This document shows positions 1-14,075 of a DNA stretch of 64,000 bases, piece by piece (position 1 is the first letter of the stretch; each line of letters begins with the position of its first letter). A program made the position numbers and the translations under genes. The notes under the pieces were generated by a model, which searched no databases, was not told where the DNA came from, and worked only from the letters and a program-made list of their open reading frames with translations. The stretch lies in assembly GCF_006345805.1 (NCBI RefSeq), contig NC_043013.1:56916001-56980000 (forward strand), given 5' to 3'. Origin of the DNA: Octopus sinensis (lineage: Eukaryota).

Positions 1-1307
1 TTCTTCTCACTTACTTGTGTCTCTCCTTACTAACCGTCAGCCATTTTGTATTTCTATTGTATGTCTTCATTTGCGCATGCTTATATCTCTATGTGCGTCT
101 ATGTTTATTTAGTGTGTGGGGAGGGGGATGCCTGTATATTTGTATCTTCTGGTTATATACATTCTTGTAATTTGTATTTTGTTTTTTTGTTGTTGCTTTT
201 GTTCTAATTTTGTTCATGTGTTTACATCCACCCATTATTATCATTACATATGCTTGTATGTATGTATAACAACAATATTAGTAATAATAATAATAAATCT
301 AATCGAAAAAAAAAAAAAAATATACATATACATATATATATATACACATACATATACATATACATATATATACATATATACACACATACATACACATATA
401 GATATTCATTTCTATTTCTTTAATTACCTGTGTATTTATTATGTTTGCAGGATCCACTATTGTCATATGTTGTGGTGTGCGCTATTGCTCCATTCTAGTT
501 TTCTATTCAGGCTAGGTTTATTTTCTATTATATGTGTAGCTTCTGTAATTTGTCTAATTGTTGCATCTGTTCTATGTGTGGACAATATCTTAATCTCTAT
601 GTTATTGATTGATCCCCCGTGTTCTTGTTCGGCGTGTTGGTACAGAATCGATGAGCTTTTTACCTTCCTTGAGTTGTCTCCAATGTTCATTCACCCGCTC
701 ACCAATGCTTCTTGCAGTTTCCCCTACGTATGTTACTGTCTTGTTACTGCATCGTCCCTCTATACATCTTATACTATAGACCACATTTCTGGCTTTACAG
801 TTCGTTTGTGGGCTAAATCTACATACAGTGCAATAGTTATCCGTACAAGAGTTCTACTAAAGGATAGCTTCTACCAATTATAGATCTGATAGGGTTGCCT
901 GGCTTTTCAACAACCTTAATTCTTAGTTTAAGTTTATCTAGGGTCCTTCTAAAGCGGTACGCTAGTTCACCTCCAGGGGTGGTGTCAACGAACATGACAC
1001 TCTGGTATTTATGGCTATCATACCAAGAGTTGGCCTTCCCTATTTTCTTTTTTGTCCTTTCTATAGTGTTCCATGACTTGTTCCTGTAGAGTGGGCAAAT
1101 CCCATTCCTATCATTACATAATATATTATCAAATTTCTTCATGGCTCCTTTGTATACTCTGATCCTTTCTTTATGGCTGTAACCTGAGAACTGCATGCGG
1201 TGAATGAAATACTGTATGTGTCTCTTTAATTCTGTAGGCTCGCACATGCGTGACACATTTCTCATTATTCTGACGAGGTCTGCCATCAAAATATTGAATT
1301 TGGCATT
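1..1307 (-). mobile_element. Penelope-like element family 1, 3' fragment (RT C-terminus, GIY-YIG, 3' UTR); left arm of a palindrome
   Basis: ORFs 837-1289, 602-784 and 463-690 give ADLVRIMRNVS..., VYSIRC...YVGETARSIGERVNEH and EATHI...LNRK, matching the longer copy at 25651-26874; frameshifted. Confidence 0.9.
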
Positions 1308-2767
1308 TGATGGCAGACCTCGTCAGAATAATGAGAAATGTGTCACGCATGTGCGAGCCTACAGAATTAAAGAGACACATACAGTATTTCATTCACCGCA
1401 TGCAGTTCTCAGGTTACAGCCATAAAGAAAGGATCAGAGTATACAAAGGAGCATGAAGAATTTGATAATATATTATGTAATGATAGGAATGGGATTTGCC
1501 CACTCTATAGGAACAAGTCATGGAACACTATAGAAAGGACAAAAAAGAAAATAGGGAAGGCCAACTCTTGGTATGATAGCCATAAATACCAAGTGTCATG
1601 TTCGTTGATACCACCCCTGGAGGTGAACTAGCGTACCGCTTTAGAAGGACCCTAGATAAACTTAAACTAAGAATTAGGTTGTTGAAAAGCCAGGCAACCC
1701 TATCAGATCTATAATTGGTAGAAGCTATCCTTTTAGTAGAACTCTCTGTACGGATAACTATTGCACTGTATGTAGATTTAGCCCACAAACGAACTGTAAA
1801 GCCAGAAATGTGGTCTATAGTATAAGATGTATAGAGGGACGATGCAGTAACAAGACAGTAACATACGTAGGGGAAACTGCAAGAAGCATTGGTGAGCGGG
1901 TGAATGAACATTGGAGACAACTCAAGGAAGGTAAAAGCTCATCGATTCTGTACCAACACGCCGAACAAGAACACGGGGGATCAATCAATAACATAGAGAT
2001 TAAGATATTGTCCACACATAGAACAGATGCAACAATTAGACAAATTACAGAAGCTACACATATAATAGAAAATAAACCTAGCCTGAATAGAAAACTAGAA
2101 TGGAGCAATAGCGCACACCACAACATATGACAATAGTGGATCCTGCAAACATAATAAATACACAGGTAATTAAAGAAATAGAAATGAATATCTATATGTG
2201 TATGTATGTGTGTATATATGTATATATATGTATATGTATATGTATGTATATATATATATGTATATGTATATATTTTTTTTTTTTTTTTCGATTAGATTTA
2301 TTATTATTCTTACTAATATTGTTGTTATACATACATACAAGCATATGTAATGATAATAATGGGTGGATGTAAACACATGAACAAAATTAGAACAAAAGCA
2401 ACAACAACAAAAACAAAATACAAATTACAAGAATGTATATAACCAGAAGATACAAATATTACAGGCATCCCCCCCACACACACACTAAATAAACATAGAC
2501 GCACATAGAGATATAAGCATGCGCAAATGAAGACATACAATAGAAATACAAAATGGCTGACGGTTAGTAAGGCGAGACACAAGTAAGTGAGAAGAAAACA
2601 AAGGACCACTGATGCGGTCACAGGAGTGTGACGAAAGAACTTTGGCCGAAATAAGATTAAGATTAATGTAAAAAATAAATATCACTGAAGCAAAATAACA
2701 CCAAATATATAGTGTGTGTGTTTTTATTGGCTAAACTGGCAATATGACCATTCCGAAATATAACAAT
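1306..2767 (+). mobile_element. Penelope-like element family 1, right arm of the palindrome
   Basis: Reverse complement of 1-1290; GIY-YIG ORF 1810-2130; the 3' end matches 24969-25600 and stops at (TA)n. Confidence 0.9.
2603..2647 (+). ncRNA. Hammerhead-like motif with variant core (CUGAUGC+G) in the PLE1 3' UTR
   Basis: CCA | CTGATGC G | GTCAC-aggagt-GTGAC | GAAA | AGAACT (stem III) | T | TGG; A9 is replaced by C. Confidence 0.5.
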
Positions 2768-3829
2768 ATATATATATACATATTTATATATGGAGAGAGA
2801 GTGAGAAACTGAAAGGGTGGAAGCTGCACTGACTGTGAGCACTTTCAGACAAAGCTTTTACAATTATAAAATCCTGCTGATGACATTAGGCAAAGGAGAT
2901 AACAATATTTATACTGTTGATTCTAATAAGTGCAGAATTTTTGGGGGAATCGTTTTATATAAAGAGTTTAGGGCCAGCTAATTTTGATAACAATAGACTG
3001 TTTGATAGCATCAGCAATGATTATAATAAATGGCTTTTACAGTATATGTATGTACACACACCTACATGCATGTATATATATATACGCATCAATATCATCA
3101 TTTTAAGCACAATTACTTTCACTCACAGCATTAATGTACAACTTCACTACCACCAACACCACCACCCAGACCACTACTGCTAGCCACCCAATCCTCTTAC
3201 ACTACGTCTCTATAGCCAGCACACTTGTCTTAATTTCCGTAGTGGCCATAGTGTTACTTGAAAATTGTGATATCAGTAGAAAATTGTTAATTCATTGGAT
3301 TATCACATGAAAGTGTATCATATTTTAGTGACTATTTTGTTGTAGATTAATGGATTAGAGAATGAGATAAGAAAGGAGAAGGAAGAAAAGGCAAAAATTT
3401 ACACACACAAACACACATGCACATGTGCACACACACACACACATGCATATGGACATACATACAGATATCAACAAAGCAAACAGTTAATTATTTAACAATT
3501 ACTTGTTAATAGCCCCTAACGATATAATTGTTGATATAATGTCTGGAGGCAGTGAATGATGTAAGACAGTAGTTCTTTAAACAAAACAGAAAAGATAAGA
3601 AACAGTTGCAATTTTAGGGGCTCATGAGGGGGTTACTATTCCTGCTAATGTTGTGGGTATTCTCTCACCTGTGGGAGATGTACCCACTGCTGAAATGATG
3701 AGTAAATCAATCCAGCCTCCCTTGGTTCACACAGCAAAGCTGTGCACTCAGATTAGCTGTTCTGGAGTTGTTCATCTAATTTCCTGCTCTTTTGAGTTTC
3801 CCTGCCAAGTATAGCTGTGATGTATTCTT

Positions 3830-4320
3830 TTCTCTCTTTTCTTTGCTGTAGTTGTTGTCTAAGTGAAACAATGTGACTCTCAAAGACATCGAAACTCTAC
3901 ATCTACCCCATTGTTTAACTTGGATGCTGTCAGTGTCACTGTTGAAGTAAAAGCTGTTTACATCTTCCTGGTTCTAAAACACAGGTTGTAAGCTTTCTTC
4001 AAGTGTCCGTTCTAATATCCCAGATGTTGGTACCAACATTGTGTGGTATAATTTTATTGAATGCAGACAACTCTGAATGGCAGGAAATCCAAAGTCTGCT
4101 GAAGTGTTCTTTTGTTACTCAAGCTTTACTCACAGCATCAACATAGGCAATATTGTCATCAGTTCCAAGATATTTGTAACATTCATCACAAGTGATAAAC
4201 GGAGACAGAGATGCCCCTAATATCCATATTCTTTGCTGGATCAACAACCTTTCCTTGTTTTGACTCGCACACTTTTTAAATGAACTCCATTTCTGCATCC
4301 CATGAGAATGTTGACACCAA
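3830..4320 (-). mobile_element. Highly degraded non-LTR RT remnant
   Basis: Minus strand reads DECYKYLGTDD at about 4153-4185; the rest is stop-ridden and boundaries are approximate. Confidence 0.35.
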
Positions 4321-7006
4321 TTTTAACTCCGTGAATTAATTTATATATGTATGTAAATCTGTATGCACATATGTACACATGTATGTATGCATTCATGCAT
4401 TTATTTATACGCATACATATGTACACATGCATATATGTACGTATGCACATATGTGTGTACATATGAACATGTATGCATGTATATATGCATATATGTATCT
4501 ACATATGCATGTATGTATATATGTACGTATCTACATATGGATGTATGTATGGCTATATGCATATGTATAAATACATCTGTGTATATATATGTGTGTATAT
4601 GTATGTATATCTGTATATTATCCATGTATCTTGTAACTATGTATGCATGTATATATGACTGTATATTATCTACACATGTATGTATGTGTGTGTATTTTTG
4701 AGTGTTTGTATGTTTTTTAATGATTTTGTTATGAGTGAATGTTGAATTATTACCTCCAAATCATCGTTAGTAGAAATAGTCTATTTTTCTCTCCCTCGTT
4801 ATGCGATAGTAAATATTTTCCCATTGATAAATCAGAAAGATAAATCACAAATTTACCCTGATATTCCTCCCTGAATAAACATTGAGAATTTATTTGGATT
4901 TCTGCCTCATTGAGTTGTCAGGAAGAGCAGCAGCCAAAATATCAGATTAACGTTTGCTCCACCACGCAAACATTCACCATTAAGAACCCCGTTTTTGCCA
5001 TAAATACACACAGGCAAAAAAGTAATGTCAACACATGGCAGAGGGACTGGATTCTCTCACCATTTCAGGCAGGCATCCAGGTCTGTTTTGGGCCAATCCC
5101 GTGCCAAACCTTACAAGCTCTGTCAAATATTGAGGGTCGGTTTACAATTATTGTATTGTAGCCACTGGAATATTTAGTTAGTGTTTCTGTAACAAAGGTG
5201 AATGGCTTCCAGTTCTGTACCTTACCTCTTTGCTTTAGGTTGTGTACAGGAAGGTTACAGCTGGCCAGAAGAATGGATCCCAGTTCATGAATGTAGGATG
5301 ACCACAGCAACAACAATAACAACAGCAGGAAACATTATTTGTAATGATGTTTTCATATTTGGTGTTTAATCCTGCTTCATTCTACTTGATATCGATGATG
5401 ATGATGATGATCTGCTATGGAGCAGTATTGCTCTGTTGTCACCTCTTAAAGATGTTTCACACTTCTGCTATATTGCAGAAACTATAGAGAGCAAATTGCC
5501 TCAGGTTAATCATCATCATCATCACCACCACACACCATCAGTACTGCCGCCGCCACCTCTGCCACCACCACCACCACCACCACCATTACCCCATCATCAT
5601 CATCAGTCTCAATTCATGTAGTGAGAAGATGTCACTTTGGCATCTCCTTTTGGAAATTTTTGATTTTCTGTAAATTCAAACATTATCAAATAGAATTTTC
5701 AGAAATACTTGTAAAAGGACTCACAATTGCCTGAGGAATGTTTTCCTTGGATACCCAAAGGTATACGACAGAGAAACAGGAACTTCTTCCACAATCTGGT
5801 AAAATTATATTTACAAACATTACATTTTTATATCCAAAATGGCAAATATGTATAATTATGCTACATACAAAAAAAAAGGAAAGCGTTACAATGGCAGGAA
5901 AAAATAAAAGGCAATACGAAATGAAAACACACAACTAAATGTAGATGAGGAAGAAGAAAAAGGAGCAGTCTAGGAAACAATGAATAGAAATGTCCCAAAT
6001 ACTCAAATCATTTGGAAAAGCAGAATAGGAATGACAACAAGAGCAGTTTTGTCTCTTTTGTGATTCCAGATATTTCAGTCCATTCCTATAAGTGGTAAGA
6101 AACTCTCAAGAGAGCTGACCAGCAGAAGGTCTTCAAAGAAGAAACCCCACCTCAGGCAAGTGTTTTGGCCCTTAAATTCTCACGCTTTAAAGGGCCGAAG
6201 CTACATTCATGTTATGACGCTGTGTTCCTTTCTGTTGAAGAGCGTAGGCTCGAAATGTAAAAGACTTACTCATTTCCTGAATGTTAAACTAATACATGTG
6301 TTTGTTGTTTACACACCCATCTTTGTCGTTTGTTTTTTAGTAAATTCCAACTATAATTCTTTGGTGCCCATCTGCTGACACTTTTTAGCCATTTGGAGAT
6401 CACAGACCTGTGCATTTAAACTTCTTGGAGATTTCATCTTGTGAGAATTCCTTGCTGATGACTCAGCTTTATCTTATTTTACTGTATCTCTTCTGGTTTT
6501 GGAATAATCACTCAGTGTCGTTGTGTGTCCTAAGATGTGAGAAAAGAAGCTGGTATGAGAAATGGCATCCAGTTATAAAGCATTACCTGGGGGGAAAAGT
6601 TACTTGTAATCAGTTCAATTGCAAACTCTGCTGGGTCCTGAAAAACTAAGCCCTGTTTTAACAAGGAAAATATCCTTAAAGTGTATCTTGTTGTCTTTAT
6701 ATTGATTGTGCCATTCCCACTGTGTTCTGTGTTGAATCTCTTTTAAGACCCACTTTGTCTCTTTCATCCCTCTGGATTCAGTAACAGGAAGTACCACTTT
6801 TATGCCCGTCCCAACATCTAATTGTACATTAATTGAAATGCCTGTTGACAGCCAGGCAGTCTGAGCCAGTGAGTGTAATAGAAGTATCTTGACAACATGC
6901 AGAGGAAAATACTCAAGTTCAAATTTGATTTTTTGCCCTGTAATTTATTTCTTTTTTGCCCACAGGGGGCTAAACTTAGAGGGGTCAAACAAGAACAGAG
7001 AAAGTC

Positions 7007-7079
7007 GATTACATGGACCCCAGTGTATAACTGGTACTTATTTAATCGACCCCAAAAGGATGTAAGGCAAAGTCGACCT
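7007..7079 (-). mobile_element. SINE core fragment (Deu/Nin-like)
   Basis: Matches the core of 19580-19735 (GTCGACTTTGCC...GGGGTCGAT...AAGTACCAG). Confidence 0.6.
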
Positions 7080-8242
7080 GTAACATTGTACTAGAAATAA
7101 TATAATGTATGGTGGTTTCATTCCTTCTTAGAAGCTTCATATTTTGGCAAAAGAAATTGTCAACTTAGCATAAAGTTTGATTTTTGTTGCCACCTCCTCC
7201 CCCTCCTCCATCCCTCATCTACCCCAGTCATTAATTCATGCCAAAATTCCTGAAAGAAACTACTGCATTTTTGTCTGGCAATCCAATTTAAATTGCAACA
7301 TTTTGCATTTAATGTCACCAAAATTACTTTTCTATTGTTTTTCTCCTCTAATAAATTCTAAGACTGCTTCTTGAGGAATTTCAACCCAAATCAGTCATGA
7401 GTCTTCGACCAATTTTACTTGATTGCTACCATTAATCCTGACCAAGTGAACATACTTAAGAACTTTCACTGCTGCTCCTTCTGTCATTTTTCTCATTAAT
7501 GCAAATAATTCTTGAGTGTGAATGTCAGAGTAAATTAGTTGAGAGTTGGATGATTAATGTCTCCCAGATGACTCAGGGAGAAAGAAAAAGAAGGAGTTTA
7601 GATAAAAAGTTTCAGAGATTTGGCAGTGAATTTTGGAATAAATGGCATCAGTTAATGCTACTGGATCCAACAGTTTCTTTTATTTTACCATGACAGAGCA
7701 ACGAAATAAGAAGTGAGTTGGAATATGATGGCCTTCCTAACCCATGCCAGCATAGAAAAGTAAATGTAAAACCGACAATGATGTCAAAGAGAATGAAACA
7801 TATGGGCAAAAATATACATATCAATGCATGTGTGTACATGCACGCACACACACACACACACTGATATGCACAGAGTAAATATATCTTGGTTATTAGGAGA
7901 TTAGGAGTTGACTCTTACTATTTACATATGTCATAGACCTAAGTACTTCATGTATAATAGGATCCTTTGTTGAGCACTGATTAAGACCAATTATGTTCTG
8001 TCTTGTGAGGTACAAATCTGTCATGTGTTATGTATATAGGTATGTGGTAAAGAAGTATAAACACCTCGGCTAAGCAAAGCCTTACCAGTGGATTTGTTCG
8101 AGAGAAACTATAAAGAAGCCCTCTGTATGCATGTGTGTGCATGTGTGTTTTATATGCATGTGAATATTCTTTGCTTTTTGCTTAATTTTGTAATTTTTAT
8201 TCAAATTATATATTAGACCTCCCTCAAAAGATTTGTAAACAT

Positions 8243-8302
<60 letters not shown>

Positions 8303-8430
8303 ATATATAAAATTAATTAAGGGTAGAAATTGAGTTTGATCTGAGAACATAATCTTTTGTGGTGAATGGCGATTTGACGTCTATATCTAGCATGTTGACT
8401 GTCCACTTTTCGTGTTCAGTCCTTAATTGG

Positions 8431-8462
<32 letters not shown>

Positions 8463-8655
8463 GAATGACCTATTACAAATACCATTGGAACTCACAGGCA
8501 AGATACAGGAAACTTATATGTATACCATTCTGTTTGAATAATGGAACTGCAGATACAATATCCCTGCATATCTCACGTTTGTTTTCATTCCTCCACTTCA
8601 CTCTATATTTCATATCTTCTCTAGAATAACTATTGCTTAACCATTTTCTCACAGC

Positions 8656-8703
8656 GTCTCTGATGAAGGGACATATAAAATATCCTGGAAACAGCTGTAA
8701 GAC
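8656..8703 (+). ncRNA. Minimal type I hammerhead, slightly degenerate
   Basis: GTCT | CTGATGA (8660-8666) | AGGG...TCCT +G | GAAA (8688-8691) | ACAGCTGT palindrome | A | AGAC; extra G before GAAA. Confidence 0.65.
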
Positions 8704-8809
8704 CTCTTTGTAAATGTTTTGAAATCTTTCACAGCTTTGGATTTTTTTAATCTCATTCTGGTAATATATATATATATATTACATATATTACATATATTTA
8801 TATATATAT

Positions 8810-9402
8810 ATTAGAAGAAATGAGGTAATAAGAAGATCGGATGGTTTATATTTACAGATATTTATTTATATATTACATTTTTTACATATATATCATATCA
8901 CTTAGAGCATTAGCGCTTTCTCTCATTCTAATGGGGTTTTCAAATCAAAGTAAGTCCCTTTGTGGGGAATTTTAATAATTTTATAGAGTTTCCTAGTGAT
9001 GGGGAGTAATATAAGACAGTACAAGAGGGTGAGGTGGATGAGGAGAAAGTGAGAGAGAGAGCATGTGTGTATGTGTATGTGTATGTGTGTGTGTGTGTGT
9101 GTGTGTTTGTATCTGAGGTGAGTGCTAAAAAGAAAGAGGGGAAGGGAGAGGGAAGAAGAAGGAAATAATTTTTTTGGTCTGCTGGACAGAATATTGATGC
9201 CAAGGGGGTTCTAAGAATTTCAACTTTGACCACTTCACAGTGTCACTGAGTGTGTGGTGGTGGGGAGGTAGGCCATAAATTATATTTCCTTTTATCATTG
9301 TGAGGATGGTCAAATACCTTTTTGGGTTTAAGAATTCTTTCCACTTTTTATGATCGTTTTGTTGAGGTGTGTTTGTGTGTGTGTCTGTGTGTGTGTGTCC
9401 GT

Positions 9403-9433
<31 letters not shown>

Positions 9434-10735
9434 CGTGTGCGTGTGTCTGTGTGTTTGGAGAAGGGGAGAGAGACAAAAAAAGAAAAAGAAAAATAAGGGA
9501 GGAAGGGGAAAAAATTATGTTGATATTTATACCACTATATATATACACGCTTATACATGAAATATTTGAAAAAAAACCTTTTATCGGTTCAAAATGAACA
9601 ACTAAATTACACCATCTTGAAAATTGTATATCATAGGAAAGTTAAAATTAAAGTGACAATTAAAAAGTAAAGATGAAGTAAATTATAAAAATAATATAAT
9701 GTATATAACAGGCAATATATATATATATATGTACACACACACATATATATACATATACAGACATATACTAAATGTTCTACTATATTAGATTGTAAATCGA
9801 ATGATGTGTCCTTCAATGTCACTATATATATATATATATATACATGCTTATACATGAAATATTAGAAAAAAACACCTTCTATCGATTCAAAGTGAACAAT
9901 CAAATGACACCATCTTGAAAATTGCATATCATAGGAAGGTTAAAATTAGAATGACAATTGGCAAGTAAAGATCAAGTAAATTACAAAAATAATATAATGT
10001 ATATAACAGGTAATATATATATACACACACACATATATATATATATATACACACACACATATTAAATGTTCTACAATATTATATTGTAAATCGAAAGATT
10101 TGTCCTTCAATGTATGATGAGTAAAGTTTCAGCCATTCAATTTGGGGGAGAACTTAGCCATGAAATGTTTTTCCATATTCCTCCTGAAGGAGGTATCGTT
10201 CTTCGGACATTTGTAGAAGGGAAAGATCTTAAATTTTCCTTCTCCACATGTAGCTAGGTGTGTACTCAGTGGTATCTTGCGCAGTTCTTCCTGCCGAACA
10301 TGTTGTCGGTGAATCCTGGCTCGCTGGCACAAAGAATTACCAGTTTCACCTATGTAATTCTCCTTGCACGTGGGGCAGGTTATGCAGTATATTATGTTCT
10401 GCGTCTTGCAGTTCACATCTGCATTTACTTTGAATATGTCACCACTTTTAAATCTCATCTCTCTGTTACCCTCTATGTATTTGTAGGTGAGGTTGCTGCA
10501 GATCCCACATCTACCATCTCCGCATTCTTTTGCAACAAATTCCGTTTTAGTTTCTTATGAGAATTTCGCTCTTGTTAGGTGTTTCTTTAGGTTTTTGTCC
10601 TGTCGTCTACTGTTTTTTATGCTATATTTGTTTAATATGTTTTTCATTTTGGGGCTTTGTAAGACTATTGGTAGGTTTGAATGTATGGTTTGGAAGATGT
10701 TGGTAACTCCAGGGTTGTGCGTGTTTATAAAAGGG

Positions 10736-10740
<5 letters not shown>
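8810..10740 (-). mobile_element. Penelope-like element family 2: GIY-YIG fragment plus long 3' UTR with an internal tandem duplication (about 9560-9815 / 9850-10115)
   Basis: ORF 10129-10458 NIIYCITCPTCKENYIGETG...RIHRQH; the downstream 1.3 kb is colinear with 47333-48830. Confidence 0.85.
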
Positions 10741-10790
<50 letters not shown>

Positions 10791-10874
10791 TATATATATA
10801 TATATATATATACATACATGCATGCATACAAATATATATACATATGTGTGTACACACACACACACATATATATA

Positions 10875-10920
<46 letters not shown>

Positions 10921-11444
10921 TATATATATATAGAGAGAGAGAGACAGAGACAGAGACGGACAGACAGATAGATAATAGTCTATCTATCTATATGTAAGTG
11001 TATATGAATATGTATATAATATGTTCTTCAAGTAACATTTCTTCCCATGTCTATATATATTTGTTTTGTCTTCCCTGTATTTTTCTCGTTGATTATCGTC
11101 TTTCAGACTTCATTTCTTTATAGATTTAAATCTGATTAACCATCTTATGCAATTCTTCTATGCATGTAGCAGCTTCATTAATCCTTTTCATACGTTCATA
11201 TGATAATGTGGAATCATTACCTCCATACACTTCCTCCTCCTCCTCCTCCTCACCATAACATTACTGATCTTACATATACTAATACACACGCACACACATA
11301 TATATATATACACACACACGCACACACTAATATAAGTATACTAATATACAGAGTGGAACATGCACTAATCACACCCTTCATATTTACTCAGATCTACCTT
11401 CCTATTTATATGTGTATATATAAATATATATATATACAATTATC

Positions 11445-11850
11445 ATCATCATCATCATCGTTTAACGTCCGCTTTCCATTCTGGCTTGTGTTGGATGGTT
11501 TGACTGAGGGGTGGTGAGCCAGAAGTCTGCCCCAGGCTCCAATGTGATCTGGTAATGTTTCTGCAGCTGGACGCCCTTCCTAATGCCAGCCACTCTGAGA
11601 GTGTAGTGGGTTCTTTTTATGTGCCACTGGCATGAAGGCCAGTCAGGTGGTACTGGCATTGACCATGCGTGAATGGTGCTTTTTACATGCCACTGGCAAG
11701 GGAGCCAGTACCATCATCATGATCCTCATTATTTTTCAAAGCCTATCTTCCATGCTGGCATGGGTTGGACGGTTTTGACAGGAACTGGTAATCCACAAGC
11801 CTGGGCCAAGCTCCACTGACTACTCTGGCAGACTCCTTATGGCTGGATGC
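11445..11850. mobile_element. SINE-like interspersed repeat with (CAT)n end; related copies at about 12905-13110, 14745-14810, 17715-17945, 29165-29420 and 44345-44545
   Basis: Recurrent TTTAACGTCCGCTTTCCATGCT..CATGGGTTGGA...GCCCTTCCTAATGCCAACCAC...GTAGTGGGTGCTTTT motif. Confidence 0.75.
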
Positions 11851-13422
11851 CGACACACCTTCATGTTCACATGTATATATATATATGTGTATTTTTCATA
11901 TATATATATACACATACATACGTACACATGTGTATGTGTGTGAGTGCGTGTGTGTGTATACAGTACACCTTAATTCTAAAGAAGGTTCTGAAAGTAAAAT
12001 ATATTTGCAGGTTTGTATATAATTACAAAACTGGTACTGTAGAATAATACTACACATGTACAAGTACCAAGGATCTGTGTGCATACACAGAATTCTTTCT
12101 ATGTACATAGTTGAATCCCACCTCTGATGTGTTTGTCTAGCCTACAACTGTTCTTCTTTCCTCTTTCTCTGTCCAGACAACTGGTTCCTTCCTTTAACTC
12201 CTTCTAATTGACATCTACCCTTCTTTCTTACCCTTGTCAACCTCTCCCAACTCATAATTTACCATCAACCACACCCTTCCTCATTTTATTCATCTCTCAC
12301 TACTCCCCCCTGTTGCAACTTTAAGCCCGCTCTTCATTTTTCCATGACTTCTCTCCCTCTGTTTCTCTCCTATCTATGGTATTATTATTCTGATGCAATT
12401 AATAAAGCAGAACCTGGCATTATACATCCTACCACCATTTCTGTACTGCCAGTCATCGTTCACTCTCTACTGAAGTAATTCCATTTGACATGAATCCCTT
12501 ATTTTATGCTCACACCCCATTTATATTTATCATTGGCCTCCCATAATTCCATTTACCATCTATTCACAACATTCACCAGCCCTTAGACATCTAACCAATT
12601 CCACTCCATCTTCATATCCATCTGGCATTCTTCCCTTACCCTACTCTAGCATCCTTATCCATACTTTCTCGTTTCTCTGTTTTTAATTTCTCTTCTTTAT
12701 TCCTTTTCATGGATGTGTTACCCTGAAGCTACACTGGGGCCTCATCTAATCCCTACATTTATCTCACTTTCTGGCACCACCCACATAATGCGGGGAAGCC
12801 ATGAATTTTCTCCTCCACAACAAACCTGTTCCTGTCACCCCCCCCCACCATCATACATTAACCTTTCAACACTCTGCATATAGTGACCATCCTCTCCTAT
12901 TGTCTTAGTCGAGAGATGCTTGTTAGTCTTGCAAGTTACAAAATGGTATCACTAGTGTTGAAGCGGTAAATAAGAGCATGCAGTGACCTCTGCAAAGTGG
13001 TTGGCGTTAGGAAGGTCATCCAGTGATAGAAGCCATGGCAAAGCTGAAACACTGAAGCTGGATGTGGTCATCCAATCTGTTGGACCATGTCAAGATGACC
13101 AACTCAGGCCAGCATGGAAAACTGACATAAAATAAGGAAGATGATTTGAATGTGTATATATGTATACGCCTGTATTTGCTTGGGTGTATATACATGTATG
13201 GATATATATTTTTATAGGATACGAAAATGTATGTATGTGTAACTACAAAAGAGGAATTGTTTATATGTATATATGTGTGAATGCATATGCAGGTGTAGTG
13301 TGTCAGTGTGTGTGTGTATGTCTCAGTGTGTGAATGTGAATTAATACTTCTCCAAATTGCATTAGTGGTTGTATGGTAATGCATGTATGTGTAAATGTGT
13401 ATGCATATATATAAATTTACAC

Positions 13423-13468
<46 letters not shown>

Positions 13469-13994
13469 ATAGTTTGTTAAAAGCACAAATACAGTGTTGG
13501 AGAGTGTAAGATGTTTAAAGCTGAGACAGTATTCCTTCTTCCTAATTATTCGTTAATTTAATGGAAATTGGTAACGAACATTGCTAGGTTTTCCTCTCTC
13601 AATGGTAAAGAAAGTTTGGTTAGACTTCCGGCTCTTTCTATAGACTCCAGGAAATGAAACGAAGAAGCAACATTTATTCATCTTCAAGAAAAGGTTCTTT
13701 AGATGGAAAGAAGTCACTGTTGTTGTTGCAGCTGTTGTTTGTGGTGGTGGTGGAGAAGCTGTTATGAGCATTGATGTTGTTGTTGTCTTCGTCATTCGTG
13801 TCTGCTTTGCCCCTGGTCAAAAATTTATCAACCTGATCAATAATGAAAGACATTCCAGAACATGGATATCACCACTTTTTTCTTTCTTTCTTTCTTTCTT
13901 TCTTTCTTTCACAATCAGTCTATCTAGGAGTATTGATAAAATTGAACTTTCATCACAACGTATCTATCAATATAGCCATCTGCCTAACTAACTC

Positions 13995-14059
<65 letters not shown>

Positions 14060-14075
14060 TTATCTATCTATTTAT
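13995..14075. repeat. (ATCT)n microsatellite; another at 53940-54016
   Basis: Direct reading. Confidence 0.95.

Noticed and set aside
1270-1327. CTGACGAG followed by a long stem
   Set aside because: The stem is just the palindrome centre in antisense coding sequence; there is no GAAA.
4900-5320. Possible RTE 3' remnant; similar weak signal at about 12150-12700
   Set aside because: Only faint motif echoes; not supportable without alignment.
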